A stretch of DNA of 64,000 nt from an uncultured Methanomassiliicoccales archaeon (GCA_963695345.1 OY968769.1:448001-512000), one strand, 5' to 3'. Shown: positions 12,295 through 25,184, counted from the first letter of the stretch. Program-made: numbers and translations. Notes: generated from the letters alone by a model not told the origin.

Positions 12295-13263
12295 CTAACG
12301 TTCACCCTTCGATTTGTCGCCCACTATGACCAGGTGCGCCAGGAGCGATTCTAGCTGAATGCGCTCGTTCGACCCCTCCACGATCCGGAACTCGATCTCC
12401 CCGGTCTTGTCGATGAGCATCACCTTGTCATAATCTGGAATGCTCAGGTCAAAGAATGAGCGGTGTATCTGCTTGATGATGTCCTCTCCGCTCAGGCCGT
12501 ATGTGAGCATGATCTCGTCCAGTTTGTTCCTGGCACCCACGAAATCCCCTGACAGCGCGGTCTCGATCATGGCCAGGACCTCGTCGGGCCGGGCGTTGCC
12601 GGTCGTCTGGTAGACCACCTCCAGTGTGACCTCGGTGCCTACGGCCGCCGCCACCTGCAGGGCATTGATCGACTTCCTCATGTCCCCTTCCCCGACGTGG
12701 ACCACCGCATCCAATGCCTCCTCGGTGATGGACACCTTCTCTTCCAGGGCGATTCGCCTCAGATATTCCTTGACATCCTCCGCCCTGAGGGGCTTGAACC
12801 GGAACACGGCGCAACGGGATTGGATCGGTTCGATGATCTTGGATGAATAATTACAGGAAAGGACGAAACGGCAGTTAGCCGAATACTTCTCCATAGTCCT
12901 TCTCAGGGCAGCTTGTGCGTCGGAGGTGAGCGCGTCCGCCTCGTCCAGGAAGATGATCTTGAATGAAGAACCGCCAATGGGCGAGGTCCTGGCGAAGTCC
13001 TTGATCTTTCCCCGGACCACGTCGATGCCCCTCTCGTCCGAGGCGTTCAATTCCACGAAGTTGTCCCGCCAGCTGCTCCCGAAGAGCTCTCGCGCCAAGG
13101 CCAGCGCCGATGTGGTCTTTCCGGTGCCAGCGGGACCAGCGAACATCAGATGGGGCAGGTTCCCGGATCGAGCGTAGGAGCGCAGCCTATCCACGATCTG
13201 GCTCTGCCCGACGATGTCGTCCAGCGTCTTAGGCCGGTACTTCTCGATCCATATCTCGTTCAT
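12295..13263 (-). CDS. rfcS: Replication factor C small subunit
   Basis: [32 protein letters not shown]; ends in TAG. Confidence 0.95.
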   Translation of the reverse strand: MNEIWIEKYRPKTLDDIVGQSQIVDRLRSYARSGNLPHLMFAGPAGTGKTTSALALARELFGSSWRDNFVELNASDERGIDVVRGKIKDFARTSPIGGSSFKIIFLDEADALTSDAQAALRRTMEKYSANCRFVLSCNYSSKIIEPIQSRCAVFRFKPLRAEDVKEYLRRIALEEKVSITEEALDAVVHVGEGDMRKSINALQVAAAVGTEVTLEVVYQTTGNARPDEVLAMIETALSGDFVGARNKLDEIMLTYGLSGEDIIKQIHRSFFDLSIPDYDKVMLIDKTGEIEFRIVEGSNERIQLESLLAHLVIVGDKSKGER

Positions 13264-13436
13264 GGCTACCGATTCCAGCTAATGACAGCGGTCATGAAAA
13301 TACTTTGGGTTGGGGCGGCGGAAGTGGTCCATCGGTGAGGTTCGGCCTATATGCCGATGACCACCTGAATGGTCAATCATCGAGATGAAGGAGGAGTTAC
13401 GAACAAGATTATTAACCGGACCGCCTCTGAGCGTCC

Positions 13437-14369
13437 GTGGTCCGCTGCACGAAGTGCTCAGAAGATTCGGTAACGTTCATCCGTTACAATGGCAACAGCC
13501 TGTGCCCGACGCACTTCAGTGAATACGTGGAGAAGCGGATCAAGAAGGAGATACGATCGCAATTGGAGATCGGCCGCGGGAAGCACATAACCGTTGCCAT
13601 TTCTGGTGGTAAGGATAGCTCGGTCGCCTTGCACACCATGGCCATGATCCTGGGAGACCGGAGGGATGTCAGGCTGAGCGCGTTCACCGTGGACGAGGGC
13701 ATCGCCAGCTACCGCCCGGCAACCATGGAAAAGGTCATCCAGCTCACCAGAAGGCTGGGGATAGAGCATCACGTGATCAGCTTCCAGGATGAGGTGGGGA
13801 CGACCATGGACGAACTTGCCCCGATATCCGGTGACCAGTCGCCCTGTTCCTTTTGCGGGGTGTTCCGCCGGCGCTGCATGAACAAAGCGGCAAAAGAGCT
13901 CGGGGCGGACATCATAGCCACCGGCCACAACCTGGACGATACCGCGCAGAGCGTTCTGATGAACTTCATGCGGGGGGACGTCGAAAGGCTTGCCCGGCTG
14001 GGTCCGCACCTGCGCATCCAACCAGGCCTGGTACCGAGGATCGAACCGCTCCGGATGATACCGGAGAAGGAATCATACCTCTACGCGCTGCTGAACGACC
14101 TGGAATTCTCCGATGACGAGTGCCCGTACGCGGGGGGGGCACTTCGGAACGACTATCGGGCGATGATCGACGAGATGGAACAGAAGCACCCGGGGACCAA
14201 GTTCTCCATCGTGGCCAGCTATGACGCCATCCGCCCGATGCTGAGGGACCGTTTCCCTGCTTCCGAACTGGGACGATGCCGATGCGGCGAACCCACGTGC
14301 AACGAGCAGTGCATGGCCTGCGAGATGGTGGAGAGAGCCAGGAAAGTTCTGCAAAAGAAGAAGGGTTGA
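13437..14369 (+). CDS. tRNA 2-thiolation protein (TtuA/NcsA, TIGR00269-like)
   Basis: N- and C-terminal Zn fingers, SGGKDS, CSFCGVFRR, TGHNLDD, CPY. Confidence 0.88.
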   Translation: MVRCTKCSEDSVTFIRYNGNSLCPTHFSEYVEKRIKKEIRSQLEIGRGKHITVAISGGKDSSVALHTMAMILGDRRDVRLSAFTVDEGIASYRPATMEKVIQLTRRLGIEHHVISFQDEVGTTMDELAPISGDQSPCSFCGVFRRRCMNKAAKELGADIIATGHNLDDTAQSVLMNFMRGDVERLARLGPHLRIQPGLVPRIEPLRMIPEKESYLYALLNDLEFSDDECPYAGGALRNDYRAMIDEMEQKHPGTKFSIVASYDAIRPMLRDRFPASELGRCRCGEPTCNEQCMACEMVERARKVLQKKKG

Positions 14370-14396
14370 AAAGGGTTTGAAGGGTTTTCAGCGGGC

Positions 14397-15674
14397 TTAG
14401 ACGAGCTCGTGGAACTTGTACGCCTCTTCGCCCTCGCTCAGGCAGTACCTGATCTTGGTGAAGTTCTTTTTGAGCGCCTTGACATCATTCCTGACGGTCT
14501 CCGGCTTCTCCTTCTTCACCACGACGCGGTGGATGAAGCTGGCGACCTCCTTCATCTCGCTCTCCTTCATCCCCACGCGGGTGAGCTCCTGCATGCCCAG
14601 CCTTATGCCGCTGGGCCGGATCGATGATTCGTCACCAGGGAGCATGTTCTTGTTGCAGATGAGGTTGGCCGCTTCCATGTCCCTCGAGGCCTGGTCACCG
14701 CCGCCGTGCGCTCCCACGTTCACCGCGATGGTGTGCGATGCGGTGAAGCCTTTGTGCTCGCATAGGACATCGAATCCCAGCTCGTACATCGCCTGACCGA
14801 GTGCCTTCGCGTTCTTGCATATCTGGGCCGCGTATTGCTGACCGTAGATCTCCCACTCGGCCAAGGTGACGGCGAGGGCCGCCATCTCATGCAGGTGGTG
14901 CGACGACGTGACACCGGGGAAGACCGCCTTGTTCAGCCTCTTCTCCATCTCGTCGGTCACGTTTTCAGCGAGCAAGATACCGTGGTTAGGACCGGGGAAC
15001 GTCTTGTGCGTCGATGCGGAGATCAGGTTGGCCCCCTCATGCAGAGGGTCTTGGAACTGACCGCCGGCGATCAGGCCGAGGACGTGAGCCGCGTCATACC
15101 AAACGGTACATCCCACTTCATCGAACGTGTCCCTCAGCTCCTTAAGGGGGATCGGGAACAGGAAAAGCGACATGCCGAACTGCGCCACCTTCGGCCTGAC
15201 CTGTTCAAGGACCTTTCTGGTCCCATCGATGTCCAGGACCATGTCCTTGGTGTCGAACGGATAGGTTACCGTGTTCACCCCGCGGAACCCGGTGGCTCCG
15301 AACTTGGCGGTGGAGATATGCGCCCCATTGTCCAGCGAGGCGGTGGTGATCGTGTCGCCTGGCTCGGTCAACGCAAAGAGCGCGGCCATGTTGGCCACGG
15401 TGCCTGAGATAGGCCTGACGTCGGCGAACTTGCACTTGAAAATCCTCTGTGCCAGTTCCATGCACCTGATCTCGACCTTGTCAACGTAGATGTTGCCGCG
15501 GTAGTACCTCTTTCCGGGCATACCCTCCGCATAACGATCGGCGAAATCGGAAATCATCATCTCTTTTGCCAAAGGGCTCATGAGGTTCTCCGAGGCGATC
15601 ATTGGGATACACTCCTCGAACCACTTGTTATGCTCCTTGACCTGTTCAATAACCCAGTATGCATCTTCCTTCAT
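14397..15674 (-). CDS. glyA: Serine hydroxymethyltransferase
   Basis: IASEN, YAEGMPGKRYY, DAAH, STHKTFPGP. Confidence 0.95.
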   Translation of the reverse strand: MKEDAYWVIEQVKEHNKWFEECIPMIASENLMSPLAKEMMISDFADRYAEGMPGKRYYRGNIYVDKVEIRCMELAQRIFKCKFADVRPISGTVANMAALFALTEPGDTITTASLDNGAHISTAKFGATGFRGVNTVTYPFDTKDMVLDIDGTRKVLEQVRPKVAQFGMSLFLFPIPLKELRDTFDEVGCTVWYDAAHVLGLIAGGQFQDPLHEGANLISASTHKTFPGPNHGILLAENVTDEMEKRLNKAVFPGVTSSHHLHEMAALAVTLAEWEIYGQQYAAQICKNAKALGQAMYELGFDVLCEHKGFTASHTIAVNVGAHGGGDQASRDMEAANLICNKNMLPGDESSIRPSGIRLGMQELTRVGMKESEMKEVASFIHRVVVKKEKPETVRNDVKALKKNFTKIRYCLSEGEEAYKFHELV

Positions 15675-15767
15675 GCGGAGTCCCACAAGGACATTCATGA
15701 ACGTATTAAAAAAAGGTATTGCTGTTGGCTATGGGGTTGTTGAACCGGGCGGATGCCTACCGCCAGC

Positions 15768-16808
15768 TCATGTCCCGATCCGTTTCTTGAACTCGCCGAT
15801 GACATCCACCGGGGTCGGGTCCACGCCGCATAGCCTGGCCATGTAGTAGCTTACCAGGTCTCCCAGGATGAGCCCGTAGATGAGGTTCTCCATCAGGGTC
15901 TCCCCCTCCAACTGCACCACGATCGGGTCCAATCCCCTCTCGTTGAACATCTGGATCGTGACCTGGGTCATCTTCTTCACGGTGGGCTCCAGGGCGCTCG
16001 GGACTATGAACACGGGTTTCAGTTTGCTGACCTCGAAACCGCTCAGCCAGCCCACCATCTGGTTATGGTTCATCTCCGGGATCTCTCCGGAGAAGGCGAC
16101 CACCTTTGAGTTCTCACTTATCTGGTTCTGCCAACGCACACCAACGCTGCGGATCGAACGAGGACAATACACCGCCGGGACCTTCCCGAACAATGCCAGC
16201 GCGATCTTTTTGGCGGCGTTGTTCGATGTGGGCACGTCCGGGGCCAGCCTTTGCGCGGCAGAACGGGCGAACGGGATCACATCCTCGATTGCCTCCACCG
16301 GAGTGCAGGCGCCGGCCGCTTCCAGTATTACCGCGGCCGATCCGAGAAGATAGCCCAAGGCCGCCCTTGGCTGTATGCCAGCCGGAACGAGGATGAAAGG
16401 GAGACCGTGCTCCTTCGCCTTCCTGATCAACTCCCCGCCCGAGGAGACGCATACCGTCTTCAATTTCCTAGATAGGGAGTCCTCAAAGACATCCAGAGCC
16501 TCCTTGGTATTGCCGGAATAGCTGATGACGACGACCAATGTACTGCTGTCCACCCAGCTGGGCAGGGAAACGCTCCGGACCACTGTTACGTGCTTGTGGC
16601 AAATGGGGGCCAGATAGTCTACGATTATGTCACCGCACATTGCCGATCCGCCAATTCCGCAAAGGCAAATGCTGCTGACGCCAGACAGAGGCTGGACCTG
16701 GTAACCGATGGCCTCCTTGATGTTATTGACGAAGCCATTGATCTGGGATAACATGTCCATTCGGTCCCAGACGGAATAACTCTGGAGGTCGTCGAGCTTC
16801 TCTTCCAT
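15768..16808 (-). CDS. Bifunctional phosphoglucose/phosphomannose isomerase
   Basis: GIGGS, SYSGNT, QPRAA, ENSK, PEMNHN. Confidence 0.88.
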   Translation of the reverse strand: MEEKLDDLQSYSVWDRMDMLSQINGFVNNIKEAIGYQVQPLSGVSSICLCGIGGSAMCGDIIVDYLAPICHKHVTVVRSVSLPSWVDSSTLVVVISYSGNTKEALDVFEDSLSRKLKTVCVSSGGELIRKAKEHGLPFILVPAGIQPRAALGYLLGSAAVILEAAGACTPVEAIEDVIPFARSAAQRLAPDVPTSNNAAKKIALALFGKVPAVYCPRSIRSVGVRWQNQISENSKVVAFSGEIPEMNHNQMVGWLSGFEVSKLKPVFIVPSALEPTVKKMTQVTIQMFNERGLDPIVVQLEGETLMENLIYGLILGDLVSYYMARLCGVDPTPVDVIGEFKKRIGT

Positions 16809-16968
16809 GGGACCGAATTCATTTCCTCGTACTATAAGCCTTTTAGCCATTTCCCGGAAGGAACCTCCGAATTCATCAACTGGAGGCTCGAAACACCAAC
16901 TAACCATTCCCCTTGTAGTTGCACAATGAATAATATCATACCCTCGATTCGTACCGACAAGTGAGAAC

Positions 16969-17677
16969 ATGAAAAGCACTGTGGAAGAAGCGTTGAAGGA
17001 CCTGCGCGCCGGAAAGATCGTGCTGGTCTTCGATTCAGATGACCGTGAGCGGGAGACCGACATGGTCGTGGCATCGGAGTTCGTAACGCCCAGTGTGATC
17101 ATGCAGATGCGCAAGGAGGCTGGAGGCCTTATCTGCACCGCCGCTCATGACGACATCAAGGAGAAGTTCGACCTGCCATTCCTGGTCGACGTCTTCTCAT
17201 GTTCCTCCAAATCCCACCCGGTCATGGATCTGCTGTCGCCAACTGACATCCCTTATGATACCAAGTCCGCATTTTCCATCACCATCAATCACCGAGCGAC
17301 ATTCACCGGGATAACCGATACCGACCGTGCCCTGACCATCTCGGAGTTCGCCAAGCTGGCAAAGCGCACTAAGGACATGACCGGATGAGAACGCCCGCGC
17401 CGAGTTCGGTAGGATGTTCCGGGCACCAGGCCACGTCCATCTCCTCAATGCCAGCAAGGAATTGCTGGTCAAGCGCTTTGGGCACACCGAGCTCTCCACC
17501 GCCCTGTTGGTGATGACGGGATTGACCCCGTCGGCCACGGTCTGCGAGATGATGGGCGACGACGGCAACGCTCTTTCAAAGGAAAAGGCTAAAGAATACG
17601 CTGAGAGGTTCGATCTCTGCTTCCTTGAAGGGAGACAGATCATCGACTCCTGGAAGAAGTGGGAGAAGCATAAATGA
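16969..17677 (+). CDS. ribB: 3,4-dihydroxy-2-butanone-4-phosphate synthase (frameshift near 17385)
   Basis: [37 protein letters not shown]. Confidence 0.92.
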
Positions 17678-18102
17678 CCAGAGTGATGGCCACAGGCGTC
17701 TTCGACATTCTGCATTCGGGGCATCTGAGGTATCTTCAGGAAGCAAAACTGCTCGGCGATGAGCTTGTGGTGGTCGTGGCTACCGATGCCACCGTCCGAA
17801 AGCAGAAGCACGAACCGATCACCCCGGAGAAGATGAGACTGGAACTGGTGGCCGCCTTGAAGCCGGTCGACCGGGCCTTCCTAGGGAAGGAGGGGGACAT
17901 GTTCGAGATCGTCAGGGAAGTGAACCCGGACATAATCGTCCTTGGCTATGACCAGGCATTCGACGAGGAGAAGCTCGAGGCGGAACTGGCCAAGCGAGGT
18001 CTGAAGGCCAGGGTGGTCCGACTGTCGAAGCACGGCGAGGACCTCAACGGGACCCGCAAGATCATCAAGAAGATCATCGACTGGTACTCCAATCAACAAT
18101 GA
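17674..18102 (+). CDS. ribL: Archaeal FAD synthase
   Basis: GVFDILHSGH, LGYDQ, inside riboflavin operon. Confidence 0.88.
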   Translation: MTRVMATGVFDILHSGHLRYLQEAKLLGDELVVVVATDATVRKQKHEPITPEKMRLELVAALKPVDRAFLGKEGDMFEIVREVNPDIIVLGYDQAFDEEKLEAELAKRGLKARVVRLSKHGEDLNGTRKIIKKIIDWYSNQQ

Positions 18103-18123
18103 AAAGTCCGAGGGGGAGAAGAA

Positions 18124-18594
<471 letters not shown>

Positions 18595-18598
<4 letters not shown>

Positions 18599-19014
18599 AG
18601 ATGAAGAAGTACAACATCGGAATAGTGGTATCGGAATTCAACTTCGACATAACCCAGATGATGCTGGAAAGGGCCAAGTCACACGCCGAGTTCCTGGAGG
18701 TGAACGTGGTCAAGGTCATCAAGGTCCCGGGCGTGTTCGACATGCCGTTGGCGATCAAGAAGATGTGCCTGGACAAGGGCATCGATGCGATCGTCACGCT
18801 GGGATGCGTCATCGAGGGCGAGACGGAGCACGACGAGATCGTCATCACCAACGCCGCCAGGAAGATCGCCGACCTATCGGTTGAGTATGGAAAGCCGGTC
18901 GCACTCGGCATCACCGGACCGGGCATGACCAGGCTGCAGGCGGAGGACCGCATCGAGAAGGGACGCGATGCGGTCGAGAGCGTCGTCAAGATGCTGAAGC
19001 GGCTCGAAGAGTGA
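18595..19014 (+). CDS. ribH: 6,7-dimethyl-8-ribityllumazine synthase
   Basis: VVSEFN, VPGVFDMP, LGCVIEGETEHD. Confidence 0.93.
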
Positions 19015-19288
19015 TCTTGAAACCTATTTCCATCCCCTCCATAGTATGAGGCGGATGGAATGCCTCAGAGGTCGGAGCTAAGACCCAGTATGCATGATAC
19101 TGAAGGCCATACCAAATCCGTCATCCACAAGATCGACCCGAAACGACCAGAGTGGATGCGCATGGTATGCCTCACCCTCCTTCTGTCTTCTTCAGAACAG
19201 GGTTTCCTTAGCTGAAGGCTGATAATTATTGGATGATAAAAATGATTTCAAGCCTTCGTCTTTCTTAACGAAGGCGTGAGGGTTTCGT

Positions 19289-20484
19289 TCATGCCACCTT
19301 GTTCATGTAGTCCTCGAGCTGGTCGAAGGCCCTTCCCAGGATCTCCTGGTCCGGCAGGAACACGGCCCTGAAGTGGCCCTTCCCGTAGATGGGGCAGAAA
19401 CCAGAGCCGGGAACGAACAGGACGTGCGCGTTGTGCAGCACGTCCAGAACGAACTCCTTGTCCGTCTTCCACTTCTTCGACTCGATCTTGGGGAAGATGT
19501 AGAACGCCCCCTGCGGCTTCTTGGTGCTGATGCCGGGGATCTCGTTGAACCGCTTGTAGGCGAAGTTCCGGCGGTCCTCCAGCTTGTCCATCATTCCCTT
19601 CAGGTGGTCCTTCGGGTGCCTCATCGCTTCGATGACCGCCATCTGGCATGGGGCGTTGGCGCTGAGCCGCAGCCGGAGCTGCTTATTGACCGCCTCCTTG
19701 ATCTCCTCCAGTTCTCCGGTCGGATCGCGGAAGACGGAATAGCCAAGCCTCCAGCCGGGCAGCAGGTCCACCTTGGAGAACCCGTTGACCAGGATCATCG
19801 GGACGTCCTTGGCCAGCGTGGCCGGCGAGTGATGCACTCCGCCGTCGTAGGTCATCAGGTCGTATATCTCGTCCGAGATCATGAACAGGTTGTACTCCCC
19901 GGCCAGGTCGGCCATCTGCTTCAGCACCTTGTCCGAGTAGAGTGCGCCGGTCGGGTTGTTCGGGTTGATGACCACGATGTACTTCGTGCTGCGGCGTGAT
20001 CTTCTTCCTCAGGTCGTCGATGTCCGGCTGCCAGTTCTCCTCTTCGATGGTGCGGTAGGATACCGGCACCCCGCCGAAGAACTTGGTGAACTCGATATAT
20101 GATGGATAGCTCGGACCGGGAGCCAGGACCTCGTCCCCGGACTCGATGGTGGCGGCGGTGATCATCTGGATGCGACTCGGTGACACCGTTGGTGACGATC
20201 ACGTCGTTCTCGTCGATGTCGATCTTGTTCTTCTTCCGCTCCTTATCGACGATGGCCCGCCTCAGCTCGAGGTTGCCCTCGGACTCCTCGTAACCGTTGT
20301 CGCATTTTTCCACGGCAGCGCAGAGGGCGTCCCTTACGTGCTTCGGGGTCCTGAAATCGAACTTATTTGGATCCCCGATGTGCAGCTTCAGGACCTCGAC
20401 CCCCTTCTTCTCCAGCTCCCTGGCCGGCAGAAGGATGTCGCGGATGGCGTATTCTATGCCCAGCGTGCGCTTCGTTGGCTTCAT
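19289..20484 (-). CDS. Class I PLP-dependent aminotransferase (alanine aminotransferase-like), frameshifted
   Basis: YAIRD, IGDP, INPNNPTG, DEIY, FSK...GWRLG. Confidence 0.88.
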
Positions 20485-20625
20485 GCTAATCGATGCCCAA
20501 ATTAATGTACTACTATTTCTAAGTTCGAGAATAGGTCATTGAATATGCTGGGCAGTTTTGCATCCCTGGAGCGAGCTATGTTCGCCGACGAGATGTTCCA
20601 ATTGAGAATACTTTAAAATACGGGT

Positions 20626-22577
20626 ATGAGGACTCGGCGGGACATGGGCATAGTCAGGCTTGGAGAGCTGCACCTCCGCTGGTGCAGACAGTGCAACGTG
20701 CCGGTCCTGGAATCCACGGAATGCGGCAATTGCCACGGAAGGACCGAACCGGTGAGCATAACACCGCCGGGCGACGTCAGGCCAGCCTTCGCCCATGACA
20801 TCGAATTCATGCGCTCCCTGGCGGAAAGGGACTTCGGACCTGGCTGCGGAAAGGCGCTCCTTCCGGAAGGCCGGATCGTCCTTCTGAACAAGGTCCCCGG
20901 GCTGGACCGGATGGAGGAGATCATCGTGGACGGCACGGTCATTGCCTCCGCCCGGTATGATCTCGGGTCCGGCTGGAAGATAATCCTCAGAGTGGCAGCT
21001 GCCAGGATGATGCAGGACGTCGCGTCCAAGGGCATAGTCGTCGCCGACGACGGGGCGGTCGCCCCGATACAGAAAAGCTCCAGCCTGATGGTGCCGGGAG
21101 TGGTGTCGGCGCTACCCGGGATCAAGAAGGGCGACGAGGTCATCGTGGTCGATTCCAGGCATTTCGCCTTTGCCACCGGAACCGCCAGGATGACCACCGA
21201 GGAGATGTCCCAGCTGGAAAAGGGGGCGGCGGTCAAGACCCGATGGGCGGACCTGCCGGCGGAAAATGTGCCTCGGACAGACCAACAGGACTGGGAGATG
21301 GTGATCAGGGCAAATTCTCCGGTGATGGAGCGCAGGATCTGGGACGCGATCAAGTTCATCAGGGAGACCACGGCGGAGTTCAAGGTCCCGGCGATAGTCT
21401 CCTTCTCCGGCGGAAAGGACAGCCTGGCAACGATGCTGTTGACCAAGGATGCCGGACTGGACCTGCCCGTCGTTCTTCATCGACACCGGGCTGGAGTTCC
21501 CGGAGACCGTTCAGTACGTCTACGATATCGCAGAACAGCTACAAACTGGAACTGATCGTGGAGCACGCGCCGGAACACGCGTTCTTCGGCAACCTCAACT
21601 ACTTCGGACCGCCCGGACGGGATTTCCGCTGGTGCTGCAAGACCAACAAGCTTGGCCCGACGGTGAAGGCCATCATGGAGCATTTCCCTGACGGTGTGCT
21701 GTCGTTCATCGGTCAGCGCAAATACGAGTCGGAGCAGAGGGCGGACAAGCCCCGCATCTGGCGGAACCCATGGACGCCGGGACAGATCGGGGCCTCGCCC
21801 ATCCAGCACTGGACGGCGCTGCATGTGTGGATCTACATCTTCATGCGCAAGGCGCCTTACAACCCCTGGTACGAGCACGGCCTGGACCGGATCGGCTGCT
21901 TCCTTTGCCCCGCCTCGGACCTGGCAGAGCTGGAACTGGTCAAGGAGGAATCGGTCCGTTCCAAGGAGTGGGACGCTTACCTCCACAGATACGCGGAATC
22001 GATCGGTCAGCCCAAGGAATGGGTGGAGCTGCGGATTGTGGCGCTGGAAGACGCATCCCCGCCTCGGTCAAGGAAGAGCTGGCCCGCACCGGCATAACCA
22101 TCCCGGAACGGCAGAGGAAAGAAATGGAGGAGACCGCCTCCAGGACTGCTGACCCTGAGGATGCAGGACGGTTTCTCGCCCTGTGTGCTTGGGTTTCAGC
22201 ATCGAGGGCGCGTTCTCCCGGAAGCTGGACCTGATGCAGGCCGCCAACCTTCTCAACATGGTCGGGGAGGTCACCGTGAACGAGGAGGAGGGCTGGTGTT
22301 CCATCGATGGACGTAACCGTCTTCGATGAGGGCGCGCTCATCGCCAAAGGGCAGTGACCAGAAGACGATAAGGGAAAAAGTGGAAAAGGTGCGCAGAGCG
22401 GTGGTCAAGGCCGAGGAATGCGTCGGTTGCGGGGTGTGTATCGCCAGATGCAAAGAGGGTGCACTTCGACTGGAGCGGGACCGGATTCACGTGATAGCCT
22501 TGAAATGCATCCATTGCGGTGGATGCATGGAACCCTGTCCAGCCATCAGCTTCGGCGACACCACCTTCGATTTTTGA
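20626..22577 (+). CDS. PAPS-reductase family protein with PUA and 2x[4Fe-4S] domains (frameshifted)
   Basis: N-terminal Zn finger, PUA (VADDGA...PGV), SFSGGKDS, WCC, RIGCFLCP, two CxxCxxCxxxC. Confidence 0.85.
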
Positions 22578-22581
22578 ACGA

Positions 22582-22609
22582 CACCCCCTTCCGATAAGAG
22601 GAAGGGGTG
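22582..22609. terminator. Hairpin between convergent genes
   Basis: CACCCCCTTCC...GGAAGGGGTG inverted repeat. Confidence 0.4.
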
Positions 22610-22644
22610 CGTCCACCGACGCAGTCCTCGTTTGCCCCCAGCGT

Positions 22645-23912
22645 TCAGCGCACGAAGTCGATATCGTCGTCGTTGCTGCTGCTGCCTCTGGGCTGCTGGT
22701 ACTGCTGAGGCGCCGGGGCTGGGCCCGTACTTGGGGGTGCCGCTCTCGGTGCCGGCTGGGTGTTCATTCCGCCCATTCCCCTGGCGTCGAGCATGTACTT
22801 GCTCTTGGCGCCGGTGACGATCAGCAGGATCTTGATGGTTCCCTCCAGCTCCGGGTCGATGGAACATCCCCATATGATCCGGGCCCTCTCGCTGACGGAC
22901 TGTGGTGACGATCTCGGCGGCCTTCTGGGCCTCTCCGACGGTCATGTCCGGTCCGCCGACGACACGGATCAACGCGCCCTTGGCCTGCCTTCAGGTCGAT
23001 CTCTCCCAGCATCGGGGAGGTGAGCGCCTCGTGCACCGCCGCCTTGACGCGGTCGTCCTCGTCCGTGTTGGCCTCGCCGATACCGACGAACGCCACACCG
23101 CCCTCGTTCATGACGGTCTGGATATCGGCGTAGTCCAGGTTGACCAGGCCGGGCTTGGTGATGATCTCGGTGAGTCCCTTGATGGTCTGCATCAGGACCT
23201 CATCGGCCACCTTGAACGCGGCGTCGACCGGCAGCTTCGGGACCAGCTCCAGCAGCTTGTCGTTCGGGACGACGATGGTGGTGTCGCAGACCTGCCTCAG
23301 CTTGTTGAGACCGGACAAGCGCGTTCTCCATGCGGACCGTGCCCTCGGCCTTGAAGGGAAGCGTGACGACACCGATGGTCAGCGCCCGGATCTGCTCCTT
23401 GGCGATGCTGGCGACGTAGTGTGCCGAGCCGGTGCCGGTGCCGCCGCCCATGCCTGCGGTGACGAAGACGATGTTCGCCCCGTTGAGGAAGTCCCTGATC
23501 TCGCTGTCGTTCTCGCGGGCGGACTGCCTCTCCGACCTCCGGTCTCGCGCCTGCGCCCAATCCCCTGGTCTTGGATCTTGCCGATGAGGATCTTCCTCGG
23601 GGCGCGGATGGTCAGCAGGTGCTTGGCGTCGGTGTTGATGGCGCAGAGCTGTGCCCCGCTTATGCCGGCGTCGACGCAGCGGTTGATGGTGTTGCAGCCG
23701 CCGCCGCCGCATCCGATGATCTTGATACAGACATCCAGCTGCGCGGCGATGCGGAGCAGTTCCTCGTCCGTTGCGCTCACTTGCGGCGCTGGTGCCGGTG
23801 CGGGCTGGGGCGCCGGTTGGACCGGGGCTGCCTGTTGGTTTCCTACACTTCCGTTTGCTGGCTGCTTGATTCCAGCGTTAGCTAGCGCTTCTTTTACCAA
23901 TGAACTTGGCAT
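22645..23912 (-). CDS. ftsZ: Cell division protein FtsZ (several frameshifts)
   Basis: [37 protein letters not shown]-terminal DDDIDFVR. Confidence 0.95.
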
Positions 23913-24029
23913 AAGTGCATCCCTCTCAATCTTAAACGTGATTCCATAATATAAATATTGCTAGGATAATTTACAAACTGGGTAGTGAGAAAAATGCGAA
24001 GTTTCGGATAATTCCTGGGGATAGGTGGG

Positions 24030-25184
24030 CTATTTCACCATGCGCATGACCACCTCAGGCCAAGTCACAAGAAGAACGCTAGGGTCGCGTTCCAACTCTC
24101 GGTAGTACTTCTGGTAGATATCCTCCGCGGCCATCGGAATGAGGTCGGAAATGAGCATCAGGGACACCAATCCAATGGTGTACACAGTGAAAAGAGCGGA
24201 AGGGTCCTGCATGGCGATGCGGGTATCGGCATTTTTCTCGTAGTAACTGGAGAACTCGTTAACCAGGAAACCGTGGAGCACTTTGAGCGAGGCGGACCGG
24301 GAATCGGTCAGCTTCGACATCGTGGTCATCTGAATGATCTCGCTCATCTTCTCGAACGCCCAGACATCCATTCCATTCAATTCGGACATCGGTATCTCCG
24401 GCCGCACCTTGATGTGCGTCCTTACAATGTCACCGATGAAAAGGAGCTCGTCGCGGATCTCGAGCTCCCGCATTCGATCATCGATCAAACCGATGGTGTA
24501 GTCGAATCTTCTATTGTGGCTGACGTTGAGAGCGGTCTTCAGGGACTCTTCGATCGAGGCCGTTGGCACACCCATCCGGTTAAGCTCGGGGATCGTCCTG
24601 AGCATCTCAGCCAGATAGTTCTTGAGGGTCTCCACGTTGCGGTATCGGAGCTTCACCAGCTCGAGGCAATGTGAGATATCCGCGATGGCCCTGACCGTTT
24701 CCCCCTCCAGGAAGGTGGTCTTGGTGGTGACCGCCAACCGCTCGATGTCGTCCACCGGTACATCCCTCTTGCGGGCGAATCCGATCAACATTATGGTCTC
24801 CTCATACAGTGCGGCATAAGGAGCTGCCTGCGGCCCCCAAAGGTCCTGGATGACGATTTTCACGCCTCGGCGTACGTCCCGGTTCATGTTCGAAACATTG
24901 TCGATGATCGCTTCCTTCCCCAGGGAGGTCTTTGATATCTCCTTGAGAAGGTTCTTGATCGACTCCTTCACCTTCTCATTGTCGCGGTCGTAGTAATGGA
25001 GAAGGACCGTCACCATCTGCTTCGGTTCGGTCTCTGCTGCCTTAAGCACTTTGGCCTCCGTCCTCTTCCTCTCCCCGGGAAAGATGGAAGCCAACGAATC
25101 AAAAAGCTCAGGATCCATCTTAGCTGCCTCCGATTCCGAGTCATCGGGACCGCTGAACAGGCTTTTGAAGGAGATCGGAGCCAT
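24030..25184 (-). CDS. Hypothetical helical protein
   Basis: 384-aa uninterrupted ORF with protein-like composition; no recognised motif; ends in TAG. Confidence 0.7.
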   Translation of the reverse strand: MAPISFKSLFSGPDDSESEAAKMDPELFDSLASIFPGERKRTEAKVLKAAETEPKQMVTVLLHYYDRDNEKVKESIKNLLKEISKTSLGKEAIIDNVSNMNRDVRRGVKIVIQDLWGPQAAPYAALYEETIMLIGFARKRDVPVDDIERLAVTTKTTFLEGETVRAIADISHCLELVKLRYRNVETLKNYLAEMLRTIPELNRMGVPTASIEESLKTALNVSHNRRFDYTIGLIDDRMRELEIRDELLFIGDIVRTHIKVRPEIPMSELNGMDVWAFEKMSEIIQMTTMSKLTDSRSASLKVLHGFLVNEFSSYYEKNADTRIAMQDPSALFTVYTIGLVSLMLISDLIPMAAEDIYQKYYRELERDPSVLLVTWPEVVMRMVK

